DNA of 64,000 bases, taken from assembly GCF_051105105.1 (NCBI RefSeq), contig NZ_CP185339.1. One strand, 5' to 3'. This DNA comes from Nannocystis pusilla. Lineage in GTDB: Bacteria > Myxococcota_A > Polyangia > Nannocystales > Nannocystaceae. This document shows, in pieces, positions 26,386-35,215 of the stretch. Under the pieces are notes generated by a model, which made no database searches, had not been told where the DNA came from, and saw only the letters and a program-made list of their open reading frames with translations. Within the stretch, counting starts at the first letter, position 1. Every line of letters starts with the position of its first letter. Made by a program: the position numbers and the translations under genes.

Positions 26386-28491
26386 TCAACCCGGCTCGAG
26401 GACGAACGGGTACGAGACGATGACCGAGCCGCCGCCTTCGGGCTTGGGGAAGGTCCAGCGCTTGACCGCCTGGGCGATGCAGGAGCCGACCGCCGGGTCC
26501 TTCATCGTGCTCTCCTGGACCACCGCGGTGGGCACCTTGCCGGTGCCGCCGATGGTGAACTGGACGGCGACGCGGCCCTTGGCGTTGGGGTCGCGGGCGA
26601 GGGCCTGGTTGTAGCAGTAGCGGACCTCGTTGATGTGCGCGCGGACGATGCGGCGGATGATGTCCTTGTCGAGCGCGCCCTGGACCTCGGCCTTGGCCTG
26701 ACGGACCGTCGGGACGCGGGTGCCGCGGCCGCCGAAGCCGGCGCCGGCGCCACGGCCGTAGCCGGAGCCCGTGCCGCCGCCGCCGCCCTTGCCGATGAGG
26801 CCCGTGTTGCCGAGGCCGATCGTGCCCTCGCCGGTGCCACCGCCGCCGCGGCCGGTGCCGACCAGGCCGAGGCCGCCGACGCCGTACGCCTCGCCGATCT
26901 CCGTGCCGGTGAGGCCGCCCCACACGTCCGCGTCGTCGTTGCCGACCGCGAACGCCCCGCCGTACGGCGAGGCGAGGAAGTGGCCGCTCTCGGCGCTCAT
27001 CACCCCGAGGATGCCGGCCTGGCGCGCGGCCATGTCGGGGTCGAAGTTACGGGCCATCTGCGGGATGGCGTCCTTCGGGCCCTTCATGGCGTAGAGGCCC
27101 GACTTGCTCTTCGAGGTGGGCTTGCCCATCTTGCCCTCCTCGCCCTTGTGGCGCTGACCGGTGCCGCCGGCCTCGTCGTCGGAGTTCTCCATGTCCTCCG
27201 GCGGCGGCTCCTCCTCCTCCGGCGGCTTGTCGGGCTGGTTGAGGTAACCGACGAAGCGGTTCTCTTCCATCATCTCGTCGAGGCTGAGGTTGCCGGCCTC
27301 GTTGGGGATCAGGTGCGTGAGCACCAGCAGGCTGCCGATGACCACGAACGACGCACCGTTGTAGATCCAGAACGGCTTGTCGGTCTCGCTGCCGCCCTTG
27401 ATCACCGCGCCCGGCGCGACCGAGTTCACGTAGAAGGTGACGTCCTGGTACTTGACCCGCGCCGTCGCTCCGGGCGGCAGCGGGAAGCTGAACGACGAGC
27501 CCTGCGAGCCCGCGCGGCCGGTCGCGACCAGCTGCTGCAGCGTGATCGTCTGGCCGTCGAAGGTGACCTCGCCGCTCATGTTCTGCGTGAAGTTGAGCGC
27601 GAACTCGTGGTCGCTGCCGCGGACCAGCGGAAAGCCGTTGGGCTCGGGCAGGCCGGCGGGCGGCACGTGGAACGACGCGCCGTGGCCCTCGCCGATCGTG
27701 AAGTTCTTGTTGACGTAGTCGCCGGTGCGGATGAGGCCCATGCTGAACGGCACGAGGCCCGCGATCGCCAGCAGCATGCCGATCGCCGCCAGACCGTTTC
27801 CGGGCGGGGTCGGGCGCGGCGTGCCCTGCTCGATCGACTCCTGGACCTTCTTGCCGTAGCCGGCCCAGTCCTGGTTCACGTCGCTGAAGAACACCCCCAC
27901 GCCCGCGACCAGCATCACGCCGCCGATGGCGAGGTAGAGCGGCGCCTGCGACTTGCGGTTCTTCAGCTGGCCGACGTGCTGCACGTCGAGCACCGTCGAG
28001 CCGTACATCGCCACGACCTCGGCCACCCGCGAGCCGCTCTGAACCTCGACCTCGCTGAGGTCGATCTGGATCGGCGCCCGCGTCGCCATCGGCGCCGCAG
28101 CGATCGGCGCCGCCGCGACCGCGGCCGCCGCCACGGCCACCGGCGCGGCCACCTGCGCCGGCGCCGGCGCAGCCGCGACCTGCTGCTTGGCGAAGCCGAC
28201 CTCGAGCCGGTACGGCCCGAAGTTCAGGGCGTCGCCGTCGTGCAGCACCGCGTTCTTGTCGATCCGCTGGCCGTTCAGCACGGTGCCCGCCGCGCTCCCG
28301 AGATCGATCACCCGCACCTCTTCGCCGGACACCTCGATCACGGCGTGCATGCGGGCCACGGCCTCGTCATCCAGACAGATGTGGCTACTCTTCAGTTTTC
28401 CGATCTTGATAACGTCTTGCGTCAGCGTCTGTGTATCGACGAGCTGATCGCCGTAAAACACTTTGATGGCGAGCGTCTTGGTCGTTGTCAT
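26386..28491 (-). CDS. FHA-domain membrane protein with a Gly-rich region and an AgmX/PglI-type (TonB-C-like) C-terminal domain
   Basis: N-terminal FHA (KIGKLKSSHICLDDEAVARMHAVIEV...GTVLNGQRI). A TM segment (LYLAIGGVMLVAGVGVFF), a G-rich low-complexity region, and the C-terminus IIRRIVRAHINEVRYCYNQAL...VAVQFTIGGTGKV...SVIVSYPFVL. Confidence 0.8.
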   Translation of the reverse strand: MTTTKTLAIKVFYGDQLVDTQTLTQDVIKIGKLKSSHICLDDEAVARMHAVIEVSGEEVRVIDLGSAAGTVLNGQRIDKNAVLHDGDALNFGPYRLEVGFAKQQVAAAPAPAQVAAPVAVAAAAVAAAPIAAAPMATRAPIQIDLSEVEVQSGSRVAEVVAMYGSTVLDVQHVGQLKNRKSQAPLYLAIGGVMLVAGVGVFFSDVNQDWAGYGKKVQESIEQGTPRPTPPGNGLAAIGMLLAIAGLVPFSMGLIRTGDYVNKNFTIGEGHGASFHVPPAGLPEPNGFPLVRGSDHEFALNFTQNMSGEVTFDGQTITLQQLVATGRAGSQGSSFSFPLPPGATARVKYQDVTFYVNSVAPGAVIKGGSETDKPFWIYNGASFVVIGSLLVLTHLIPNEAGNLSLDEMMEENRFVGYLNQPDKPPEEEEPPPEDMENSDDEAGGTGQRHKGEEGKMGKPTSKSKSGLYAMKGPKDAIPQMARNFDPDMAARQAGILGVMSAESGHFLASPYGGAFAVGNDDADVWGGLTGTEIGEAYGVGGLGLVGTGRGGGGTGEGTIGLGNTGLIGKGGGGGTGSGYGRGAGAGFGGRGTRVPTVRQAKAEVQGALDKDIIRRIVRAHINEVRYCYNQALARDPNAKGRVAVQFTIGGTGKVPTAVVQESTMKDPAVGSCIAQAVKRWTFPKPEGGGSVIVSYPFVLEPG

Positions 28492-28758
28492 CGTCCTTGC
28501 CCCGGTCGTGTGGCGCCTCGGACACGGCACTTTGGGGCTTGTTCCCGAGGCCCGCGAGCTTTTTTCGCGCCCGCGCGGGCCGTCTGCGCCGGCGCACGTC
28601 CGCGCGCGGACTCGGGCCCCGGGCGCGCCCCTGCGTCCGGCCACGCGTCCGCGGCTCGCGGCCGGCCGCGACGGCTTCGTGTTACCGTGACCCGAGGCGC
28701 CGTCCGTGCCCAGATCCGGGCGAGGCGCCTGCTGCCCCTCTCACGGCCTCGCCCCGGC

Positions 28759-29265
28759 ATGACCTCCGACCTCGCGCCTCCCTCACCTCCCGGCCCGAGC
28801 CCGATCCTCACCCTCCGGATCAGCGTCCGCGGCCTATATGACAGCTGGACGCACTGCCAGCGGCTGGCCGATTACATCGCGCGCTTCGTCGCCTCCGATC
28901 GTTTCGATCCCGAGCAGCTGACCACGCGCCTCTCGACCTATCTCAACGAGGTGCTCGAGTACGTATTCCGCGCCAGGCCGAGCGAGGGCGAGATCGTGGT
29001 CGAGGTCGGGCGCACCGACGAGCACGTGATCGCCGAGCTGACGATACCGACCGACGAGGCGCTCGCGCAGCGGCTGCGTGACGACCTCGGGCGGGTCGCG
29101 CCGGCGGACGCGCGGGCCCGCTACGAGGCCGAGTTCGAGTCGATGATCCTGCGCCCGCCGGCCGAGGTCGGGCTGCTCGAATTGGTCGCGCTCCACGGCG
29201 TCGAGCTCGCGCTGCGCGAGGGCGACGGTGCCGGCGTCATCGTCCTTACTGTCCCGCACGAGTGA
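28759..29265 (+). CDS. slr1658-superfamily regulator (GHKL/anti-sigma-kinase-like partner-switching component), copy 1
   Basis: YLNEVLEYVFRA is an N-box-like motif, and EGEIVVEVG follows. It is a paralogue of the 32858..33421 product. Confidence 0.6.
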   Translation: MTSDLAPPSPPGPSPILTLRISVRGLYDSWTHCQRLADYIARFVASDRFDPEQLTTRLSTYLNEVLEYVFRARPSEGEIVVEVGRTDEHVIAELTIPTDEALAQRLRDDLGRVAPADARARYEAEFESMILRPPAEVGLLELVALHGVELALREGDGAGVIVLTVPHE

Positions 29266-29277
29266 GCCGAGCTGGGT

Positions 29278-30450
29278 ATGGAGAACGAGCAACCGTTTTC
29301 GATCCGCTTCAGCGAGAACGACCAGGAGGTCGCGCTCGAGGGGACGCTGCGGCCCGCCGGCCCCGAGGCGTTCGCGCCGGTGCGGGCGCGCCTCGACCAC
29401 GCCGCCGACGCCGTGCGCGGCGTCCTCTACCTCAACTTCAAGCGCCTGCGTTACCTCAACCACACCGGCTTCCTCGAGCTCGCGCGCTTCATCGCCGCCT
29501 GCGCCGAGCGCCACCCGAGCCTCAAGCTCAAGCTCGTCGTCTCGAGCGTCGTCCCGTGGGCGCCGCTGCGGTTCGGCTTCCTCGGCGCGCAGTTCGGCAA
29601 CACCATCGTCGAGCAGTACGACAAGGCGTTTTACCCCGGCCAGGGCGTCATCGAGAACGACCAGCTCGTGCCGGTCCTGCGCACCCAGACCAACATCGTG
29701 TGGTCGCACGAGCGCGAGCTGCTGCGCCGCCACGGCCTCGGCAAGCGCATGCGGATCGCCGACATCTGCTGCGGGATCGGCGACTTCGCGGTGCTCGTCT
29801 ACAAGGAGTTCGAGCCCGCGTACATCGTCGGCGTCGACCACTCGCGGCCGTTCCTGCAGTACGCGCAGCAGATGGCCCGCGAGTTCGGCATCACCGACAT
29901 CGAGTATCAGTTCGGCGACGCGACCCACCTGTTCTTGCCGTCGAACAGCTTCGACTTCGTCACCTCGCGCCTGGCGCTGCAGATCTTCAACGACCCCTCG
30001 AGCATCCTCCGTGAGCTGGTGCGGATCTGCAAACCCGGCGGTCGGGTCTACCTGACGAATGAGATGACGGCGCACAACTACGGCTACCCGCGCCACGAGT
30101 CGGTCGCGTGGACCTACCAGCAGGCCGTGAAGATCGCCCAGAGCCTCGGCATGGACATGAACTTCGGGCCCAAGATGTTCTCGCAGCTCACCGACATGGG
30201 CCTCGAGGACGTGCGCATGGAGCAGATCCCGATCACCAACAACAACACCGCGATCGACGACTTCGCGCGGGTGATCGAGAGCTGGGAGGAGTACGTCACC
30301 GGCGAGCTGTCGACCGCCACGCAGCAGCCGCCGGAGGTGGTCGAGCGCCTGCGCATGGGCTTCCGCGATCACGTCTACGCGATCCGCAGCCGCCGCGGCT
30401 TCGCCACCTGGCCGATCTACGTCGCCTCCGGCCGCAAACCGGGGCGCTGA
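29278..30450 (+). CDS. STAS-like (slr1659-type antagonist) domain fused to a class I SAM-dependent methyltransferase
   Basis: The N-terminal ~120 aa align with the standalone 33418..33792 protein (EGTLRP...LNFKRLRYLNHTGF...LKLVVSSVVPWA). The C-terminus has the MTase motif I (IADICCGIGDFAV) and post-I motifs (GGRVYLTNE). Confidence 0.75.
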   Translation: MENEQPFSIRFSENDQEVALEGTLRPAGPEAFAPVRARLDHAADAVRGVLYLNFKRLRYLNHTGFLELARFIAACAERHPSLKLKLVVSSVVPWAPLRFGFLGAQFGNTIVEQYDKAFYPGQGVIENDQLVPVLRTQTNIVWSHERELLRRHGLGKRMRIADICCGIGDFAVLVYKEFEPAYIVGVDHSRPFLQYAQQMAREFGITDIEYQFGDATHLFLPSNSFDFVTSRLALQIFNDPSSILRELVRICKPGGRVYLTNEMTAHNYGYPRHESVAWTYQQAVKIAQSLGMDMNFGPKMFSQLTDMGLEDVRMEQIPITNNNTAIDDFARVIESWEEYVTGELSTATQQPPEVVERLRMGFRDHVYAIRSRRGFATWPIYVASGRKPGR

Positions 30451-30471
30451 CGGCCCTCGCCGCTCGACCGC

Positions 30472-32834
30472 ATGGCCACCACGGGCTCAAGGTTCCGCAC
30501 CAAGTTCGTCCTCGTCGCCGGGGTCGGGCTGGTGATCGGGCTGACGCTCGCGGCGCTGGCCTCGCTGCAGGGCATCCGCGTCCTCGGCGGCGACGCGTCG
30601 GAGGAGATCCGCAAGGGCCTCGAGCGGGCCAGCCGCGAGTACCTCACCAACCACATCGAGGACACCGCGCAGCGCGTCGAATTCTTGCGCGGGCGGGCGC
30701 GGGCCGAGGCTCGGCGTGCTCGCGGCCGTCACCCAGACGCTCATCGACGAGCAGGCCGACCTCGCGCCGCTGACCGCCGCCGCCGCCGCCGCCGGGCCGC
30801 TGCGCGACGCCCTCGTCTACGACCCGCGCGGCGACTGGTCGCAGACGGAGGCCGGCGAGCCGTCGGCGGTGGCCGTGTGGGGCTACCTGCACGCGCCGGC
30901 CGATCCGAATCGACCTGGCCTTCGGGACATCAAGCCCGAGGTCCGCGCCGCGGTCGATCAGACCGCCCTGCTCGACCTGCTGCTGCCCGCGCTGCTGCAG
31001 TACGGGGCCGAGAAGCAGGCCATGTACTTCATCGGCCCCGAGGGCGCCGAGTACCTGCGGATCGCCCCCTACGCCGACGCGGCCGGCCACGCCGACCAGC
31101 TCTATCCCGGCCACAACAAGAGCCCGTTCTGGAGCTTCTACTTCCCCGGCATCGTCGACGGCTGGCGGCGCTGGCTCGCCGATCCCGCGCGCATGCGCGA
31201 CCCGGCGGCGCAGGTCACGGGCACCGCGCCGTACACCGACGCAGGCGGCAGCGGGGCCATCATGACCATGTTCCAGCCGCTGTGGGACGCCTCGCGCGCG
31301 CGCTTCGCCGGGGCCGTCGGCGTCGACGTCACGCTCGGTCAGCTGATCCGCTACGTCCAGGATCTCGAGCTCGCCGGCTCGGGCTTCGCCTTCCTCGCCC
31401 AGGAGAACGGCAACGTGTTCGCCGTCAACGCCGACGGCCAGGAGATCCTCGGCCTGCAGCAGGCCAGCGGCTCCGCGGGCGCCGGCGTCGACATCTTCCA
31501 GCAGTTCCTGCACCAGTCGCGCGACCCGGCGATCCGGGCGCTCGCGCTGCCCGGCGGCGACGTCGTCGACTACCGCGACCCGGTCGCGATCGGCGGCGAG
31601 GACTACGTCGTCGTGCTCAAGCGGCTCGATCCGTTCAACGTCTGGTCGGGTTCGGCCGACATCGTGCCGGAGCGCTGGACCCTCGGCTTCGTCGTGCCTG
31701 CCGCCGAGATCTACGCCTCGCTGCACAAGGCGCAGGACACCATCGCCGCCAGCAGCCGCGGGATCCTCAGCAGCCAGGTCGTCATCACCCTCGTCGCGCT
31801 CGCGGTGGTGATGTTCGGGATCCTCCTGGTCTCGCGGCGCATGACCGGCGCGCTGGTCGACCTCGCCGCGGGCGCCGGCAAGATCGCGCAGAAGGACTAC
31901 GACGTGCGGGTCAACGTCCGCAGCGACGACGAGTTCGGCGCGCTCGGCCGCGCCTTCGACCAGATGGCCGCCGAGATCCGCGCGTATACGCACGACCTCG
32001 AGCGCCTGGTCGAGCAACGCACCGCCGAGCTGCAGCGGGCCTCCCGCGAGATCATGGCGCTCAACGAGCGGCTCAAGCAGGAGAACCTGCGCCTCGGCGC
32101 CGAGCTCGACGTCGCCCGCCGGCTGCAGCTCATGGTGCTGCCGCCGGAGCGCGAGCTGGCCGAGATCGAGGGCCTGGAACGTCGCCGGCTACATGCGCCC
32201 CGCGGACGAGGTCGGTGGCGACTACTACGACGTCCTGCGCGCCGGCGACGGCGTCAAGATCGGCATCGGCAACGTCACCGGCCACGGCCTCGAGAGCGGC
32301 GTGCTGATGCTGATGATCCAGACGGCCGTGCGCACCCTGCAGGCCGCCGAGGAGCGCGACGCGGAGCGCTTCCTCAACATCGTCAACAAGGTCCTCTACC
32401 AGAACATCCAGCGCGTCGGCCTCGACCGCACCGCGACGCTGGTGCTCCTCGACTACGCGCAGGGCGTGCTCCGCCTCACCGGGCAGCACGAGGAGGCGGT
32501 GGTGGTCCGGCGGGGCGGCTCGATCGAGCGCATCGACACGGTCGACCTCGGCATGCCTGTGGGGCTCGAGGTCGACATCGCCGCGTTCATCGCCCGCACC
32601 GAGCTGCGCCTGTCGCCGGGCGATGTCGTCGTCCTGTACACTGACGGCATAACCGAGGCGGAGGACATCCACGGCGAGCAGTACGGCATCGACCGCCTGT
32701 GCGAGGTCGTGCGCCGGGTCCACGAGCGGCCGGCGGCGGAGATCAAGCTGGCGATCATCGACAACGTCATGCGCTTCATCGGCGCGCAGAAGGTCTTCGA
32801 CGACATCACGACGGTGGTGATCAAGCGGCGCTGA
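30472..32834 (+). CDS. membrane sensor Ser/Thr phosphatase: TM-Cache(periplasmic)-TM-HAMP-coiled coil-PP2C/SpoIIE (RsbU-like); two frame disruptions
   Basis: TM1 FVLVAGVGLVIGLTLAALA, TM2 VVITLVALAVVMFGILLV, then HAMP, then the SpoIIE domain MRPADEVGGDYYDV...GNVTGHGLESG...LYTDGITE. Three track ORFs (30472, 30716, 32193) concatenate, with 1-nt offsets near 30690 and 32185. Confidence 0.8.
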
Positions 32835-32857
32835 GGCGCCCGAGGCGGACGGAGAGT

Positions 32858-33421
32858 ATGGACGGCATCATCGGCGAGTACAAAGAGCCCACCGACGCTG
32901 GACCGCGCGTCATGCTGACGTTTTACCCCGGGGCGTTCCCGGTCAAGTGGAACCAGTGCAGCGTGGCGGCCGACTTCTTCGCCGAGTACTTCGTCGACGT
33001 CGGCGAGGGCGGGCTCACCGAGGAGGCCGAGCGGCGCGACTTCGTCGGCAGCGTCGGCTACGTGCTCAACGAGCTGATCGAGAATGCGGTCAAGTTCTGC
33101 GCCGGCGGCACCGTCGTCATCGACGCGGGCGTCGAGGCGGGCGAGTTCGTGGTCGTCGTCAGCAACCAGGTCTGCGGCGACGCGGTCGACGGCCTGCGGC
33201 TCAAGTTCGCCGAACTGCTCGACGGCGATCCCGCCGAGCTCCTGATGCAGCGGGTCGAGGACAACGCCGCCAACCCCGACCTCACGACCTCGGGCCTGGG
33301 CTTTCTCACCATGCTGTCGGACTACAAGGCCCGGCTCGGCTGGCGCTTCGACCCCGCCCCTGGCAATCCTGACAACGCGCTCCTCAAGACCGCCGCCCGG
33401 CTACAGGTGAAATCGTCATGA
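32858..33421 (+). CDS. slr1658-superfamily regulator (GHKL-like), copy 2
   Basis: VGYVLNELIENAVKFCAGGTVVIDAG is an HATPase N-box-like motif. The start was taken inside ORF 32699..33421. Confidence 0.65.
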   Translation: MDGIIGEYKEPTDAGPRVMLTFYPGAFPVKWNQCSVAADFFAEYFVDVGEGGLTEEAERRDFVGSVGYVLNELIENAVKFCAGGTVVIDAGVEAGEFVVVVSNQVCGDAVDGLRLKFAELLDGDPAELLMQRVEDNAANPDLTTSGLGFLTMLSDYKARLGWRFDPAPGNPDNALLKTAARLQVKSS

Positions 33422-33792
33422 CGGACACAACTACGCGACCCTCCGGGTCGGACACCGACATCAAAGGCCCCGGCTATCGCGTGTGGTTCGACGCGCCCGC
33501 GAGCACGGTCCACTTCGAGGGCGTGCTCCGCCTCAGCACCAGCGAGTACAAGCCGATCGAGGACCTGCTCGACCGCGTCCTGCTGGAAAGCCCCGCGCTC
33601 GCCCTGCGCATGACCGAGCTGCAGTTCCTCAACAGCTCGGGCATCAACATGCTCTACAAGTTCGCCATCGCCGCGCGCAAGAAGGGCGAGACCGAGATCA
33701 AGGTCCACGGCTCGTCGACCATCCCGTGGCAGGGCAAGTCGCTGCCCAACCTCAAGAAGTTCCTGCCGACGATCGTCATCGCGCTCGACTGA
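33418..33792 (+). CDS. slr1659-superfamily regulator (STAS/anti-sigma-antagonist-like)
   Basis: 124 aa, translationally coupled to the previous gene through an ATGA overlap. It aligns with the N-terminus of the 29278 product. Confidence 0.65.
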   Translation: MTDTTTRPSGSDTDIKGPGYRVWFDAPASTVHFEGVLRLSTSEYKPIEDLLDRVLLESPALALRMTELQFLNSSGINMLYKFAIAARKKGETEIKVHGSSTIPWQGKSLPNLKKFLPTIVIALD

Positions 33793-33805
33793 GCCGGCCG
33801 CCCGC

Positions 33806-35032
33806 ATGCTCACGGATGACCCGCGCTGGCGGCGAGCCCTCGCCGACCCCGACGCCGCGGCCGAGCTCCTGGCCGACCCGGCCGCGCGCGCCGAGTTCAT
33901 GGCCGCCGTCGCCGCGCTGCAGGCCGAGCACGACGACCTGGTGCTGCTGCACGACTCGACGCTCGAGCACGCCAACGAGATCGAGGAGCAGCTGGCCGTC
34001 AAGATCGAGCAGGTCGAGGCGCTGGTGGTCGAGCTCGAGCTGCGCAACACCTTCATCCGCCAGGTGTTCGGCCGCCACGTCACCGACGAGGTCGTCAACA
34101 CCTTGCTCGCCTCGCCGGAGGGCCGCCAGCTCGGCGGCGAGCGGCGCACCCTGACGATCCTGATCTCCGACCTGCGCGGCTTCTCCACCCTCTGCGAGGG
34201 CCTGGGCCCCGAGCAGGTGGTGGCGATCCTCAACATCTACCTCGGCGCCATGGCCGACGTGATCGGCGAGTACCGCGGCTCGATCAACGAGTTCATCGGC
34301 GACGCCATCCTCGCGGTGTTCGGCGCCCCGGTGCCGCAGGAGGACCACCCCGAGCGCGCCGTCGCCTGCGCGATCGCCATGCAGCGGGCGATGGGCCGCG
34401 TCAACGCCGAGCTGGCCGAGCACGGCCTGCCCGCGCTCGAGATGGGCATCGGCGTCCACACCGGCGAGGTCGTGGTCGGCAACATCGGCTCGAACCGCCG
34501 CGCCAAGTACGGCGTGGTCGGCCGCCACGTCAACCTGACGTCGCGCATCGAGAGCTACACCGTCGGCGGCCAGGTGTTGATCTCCGAGTCGGCCGCGCGG
34601 GCCCTCGGCGACCGCCTCCGCACCCGCGGCTGCTTCGAGGTCCGGCCCAAGGGCGTGCGCGAGCCGATCCGGATCCACAACGTCACCGGCGTCGACGGCC
34701 CGTTCGCCATCCACATGATCGAAGAGGCCGCCGCGTGGCGGGTCCTGGCCGAGCCGCAGCCGCTCGTGTTCACCGCGCTCGAGGGCAAGGACACCGGCGG
34801 CCAGGAGTTCCCGGCGCTGCTCGTTGCCCACGACGAGCGCCACAACGCCGAGCTGCAGGTCGGCGCCCCGCTGCCGCTGCGCGCCGACCTCAAGCTCGTG
34901 CTCGCCGCCCTGCCCGGCGTCGACGCCTACGCCAAGGTCGTCGCCGCCGGCCCGGGCCGCGCGACGGTCCGCTTCACCGCCCTGCCGCGCGCGCTGCAAG
35001 AGCTGCTCGACTCCCTGCCCGCGCGCGAGTGA
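33806..35032 (+). CDS. class III adenylate/guanylate cyclase (CHD domain) with an N-terminal coiled-coil and a C-terminal regulatory region
   Basis: LTILISDLRGFSTLCEGLGPEQVVAILNIYLGAMADVIGEYRGSINEFIGDAILAVFGAP...GIGVHTGEVVVGNIGSNRRAKYGVVGRHVNLTSRIES. Confidence 0.85.
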   Translation: MLTDDPRWRRALADPDAAAELLADPAARAEFMAAVAALQAEHDDLVLLHDSTLEHANEIEEQLAVKIEQVEALVVELELRNTFIRQVFGRHVTDEVVNTLLASPEGRQLGGERRTLTILISDLRGFSTLCEGLGPEQVVAILNIYLGAMADVIGEYRGSINEFIGDAILAVFGAPVPQEDHPERAVACAIAMQRAMGRVNAELAEHGLPALEMGIGVHTGEVVVGNIGSNRRAKYGVVGRHVNLTSRIESYTVGGQVLISESAARALGDRLRTRGCFEVRPKGVREPIRIHNVTGVDGPFAIHMIEEAAAWRVLAEPQPLVFTALEGKDTGGQEFPALLVAHDERHNAELQVGAPLPLRADLKLVLAALPGVDAYAKVVAAGPGRATVRFTALPRALQELLDSLPARE

Positions 35033-35124
35033 GGCGCCAGGACAGGCTCGCGGAGGGCGTGGGGAGGCGCCCGGCCGAGCCGGTGCCGCGTGGGAGGTCG
35101 GGCGCGCCGAAGTGACCGGGCCGT

Positions 35125-35195
35125 CCGGGCATGTCCCGATCGACATGTCCTCTCTGACATGCCGATTGGAGCATGTCCCATGGGACATGACCGTG
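35125..35195. repeat. REP-like cluster between convergent genes
   Basis: gggcatgtcccgatcgacatgtcctctctgacatgccgattggagcatgtcccatgggacatgacc. Confidence 0.7.
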
Positions 35196-35215
35196 CAGCC
35201 AGCCCGCATCAAGTG

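Noticed and set aside
26212-29265. 1017-aa + strand ORF spanning the FHA gene region, and similar giant ORFs (50027..53413 N-terminal 860 aa, 59659..61833, 20600..21832, 37796..40105 minus, 8038..9687 minus, 40262..42838 minus)
   Set aside because: They are Arg/Gly/Pro/Ala-rich with no GC3 periodicity. They lie antisense to, or out of frame with, well-supported genes. Such ORFs are typical stop-poor artefacts of ~71% GC DNA. Only the protein-like 3' portions, for example the 28759..29265 and 50027..50815 genes, were kept.
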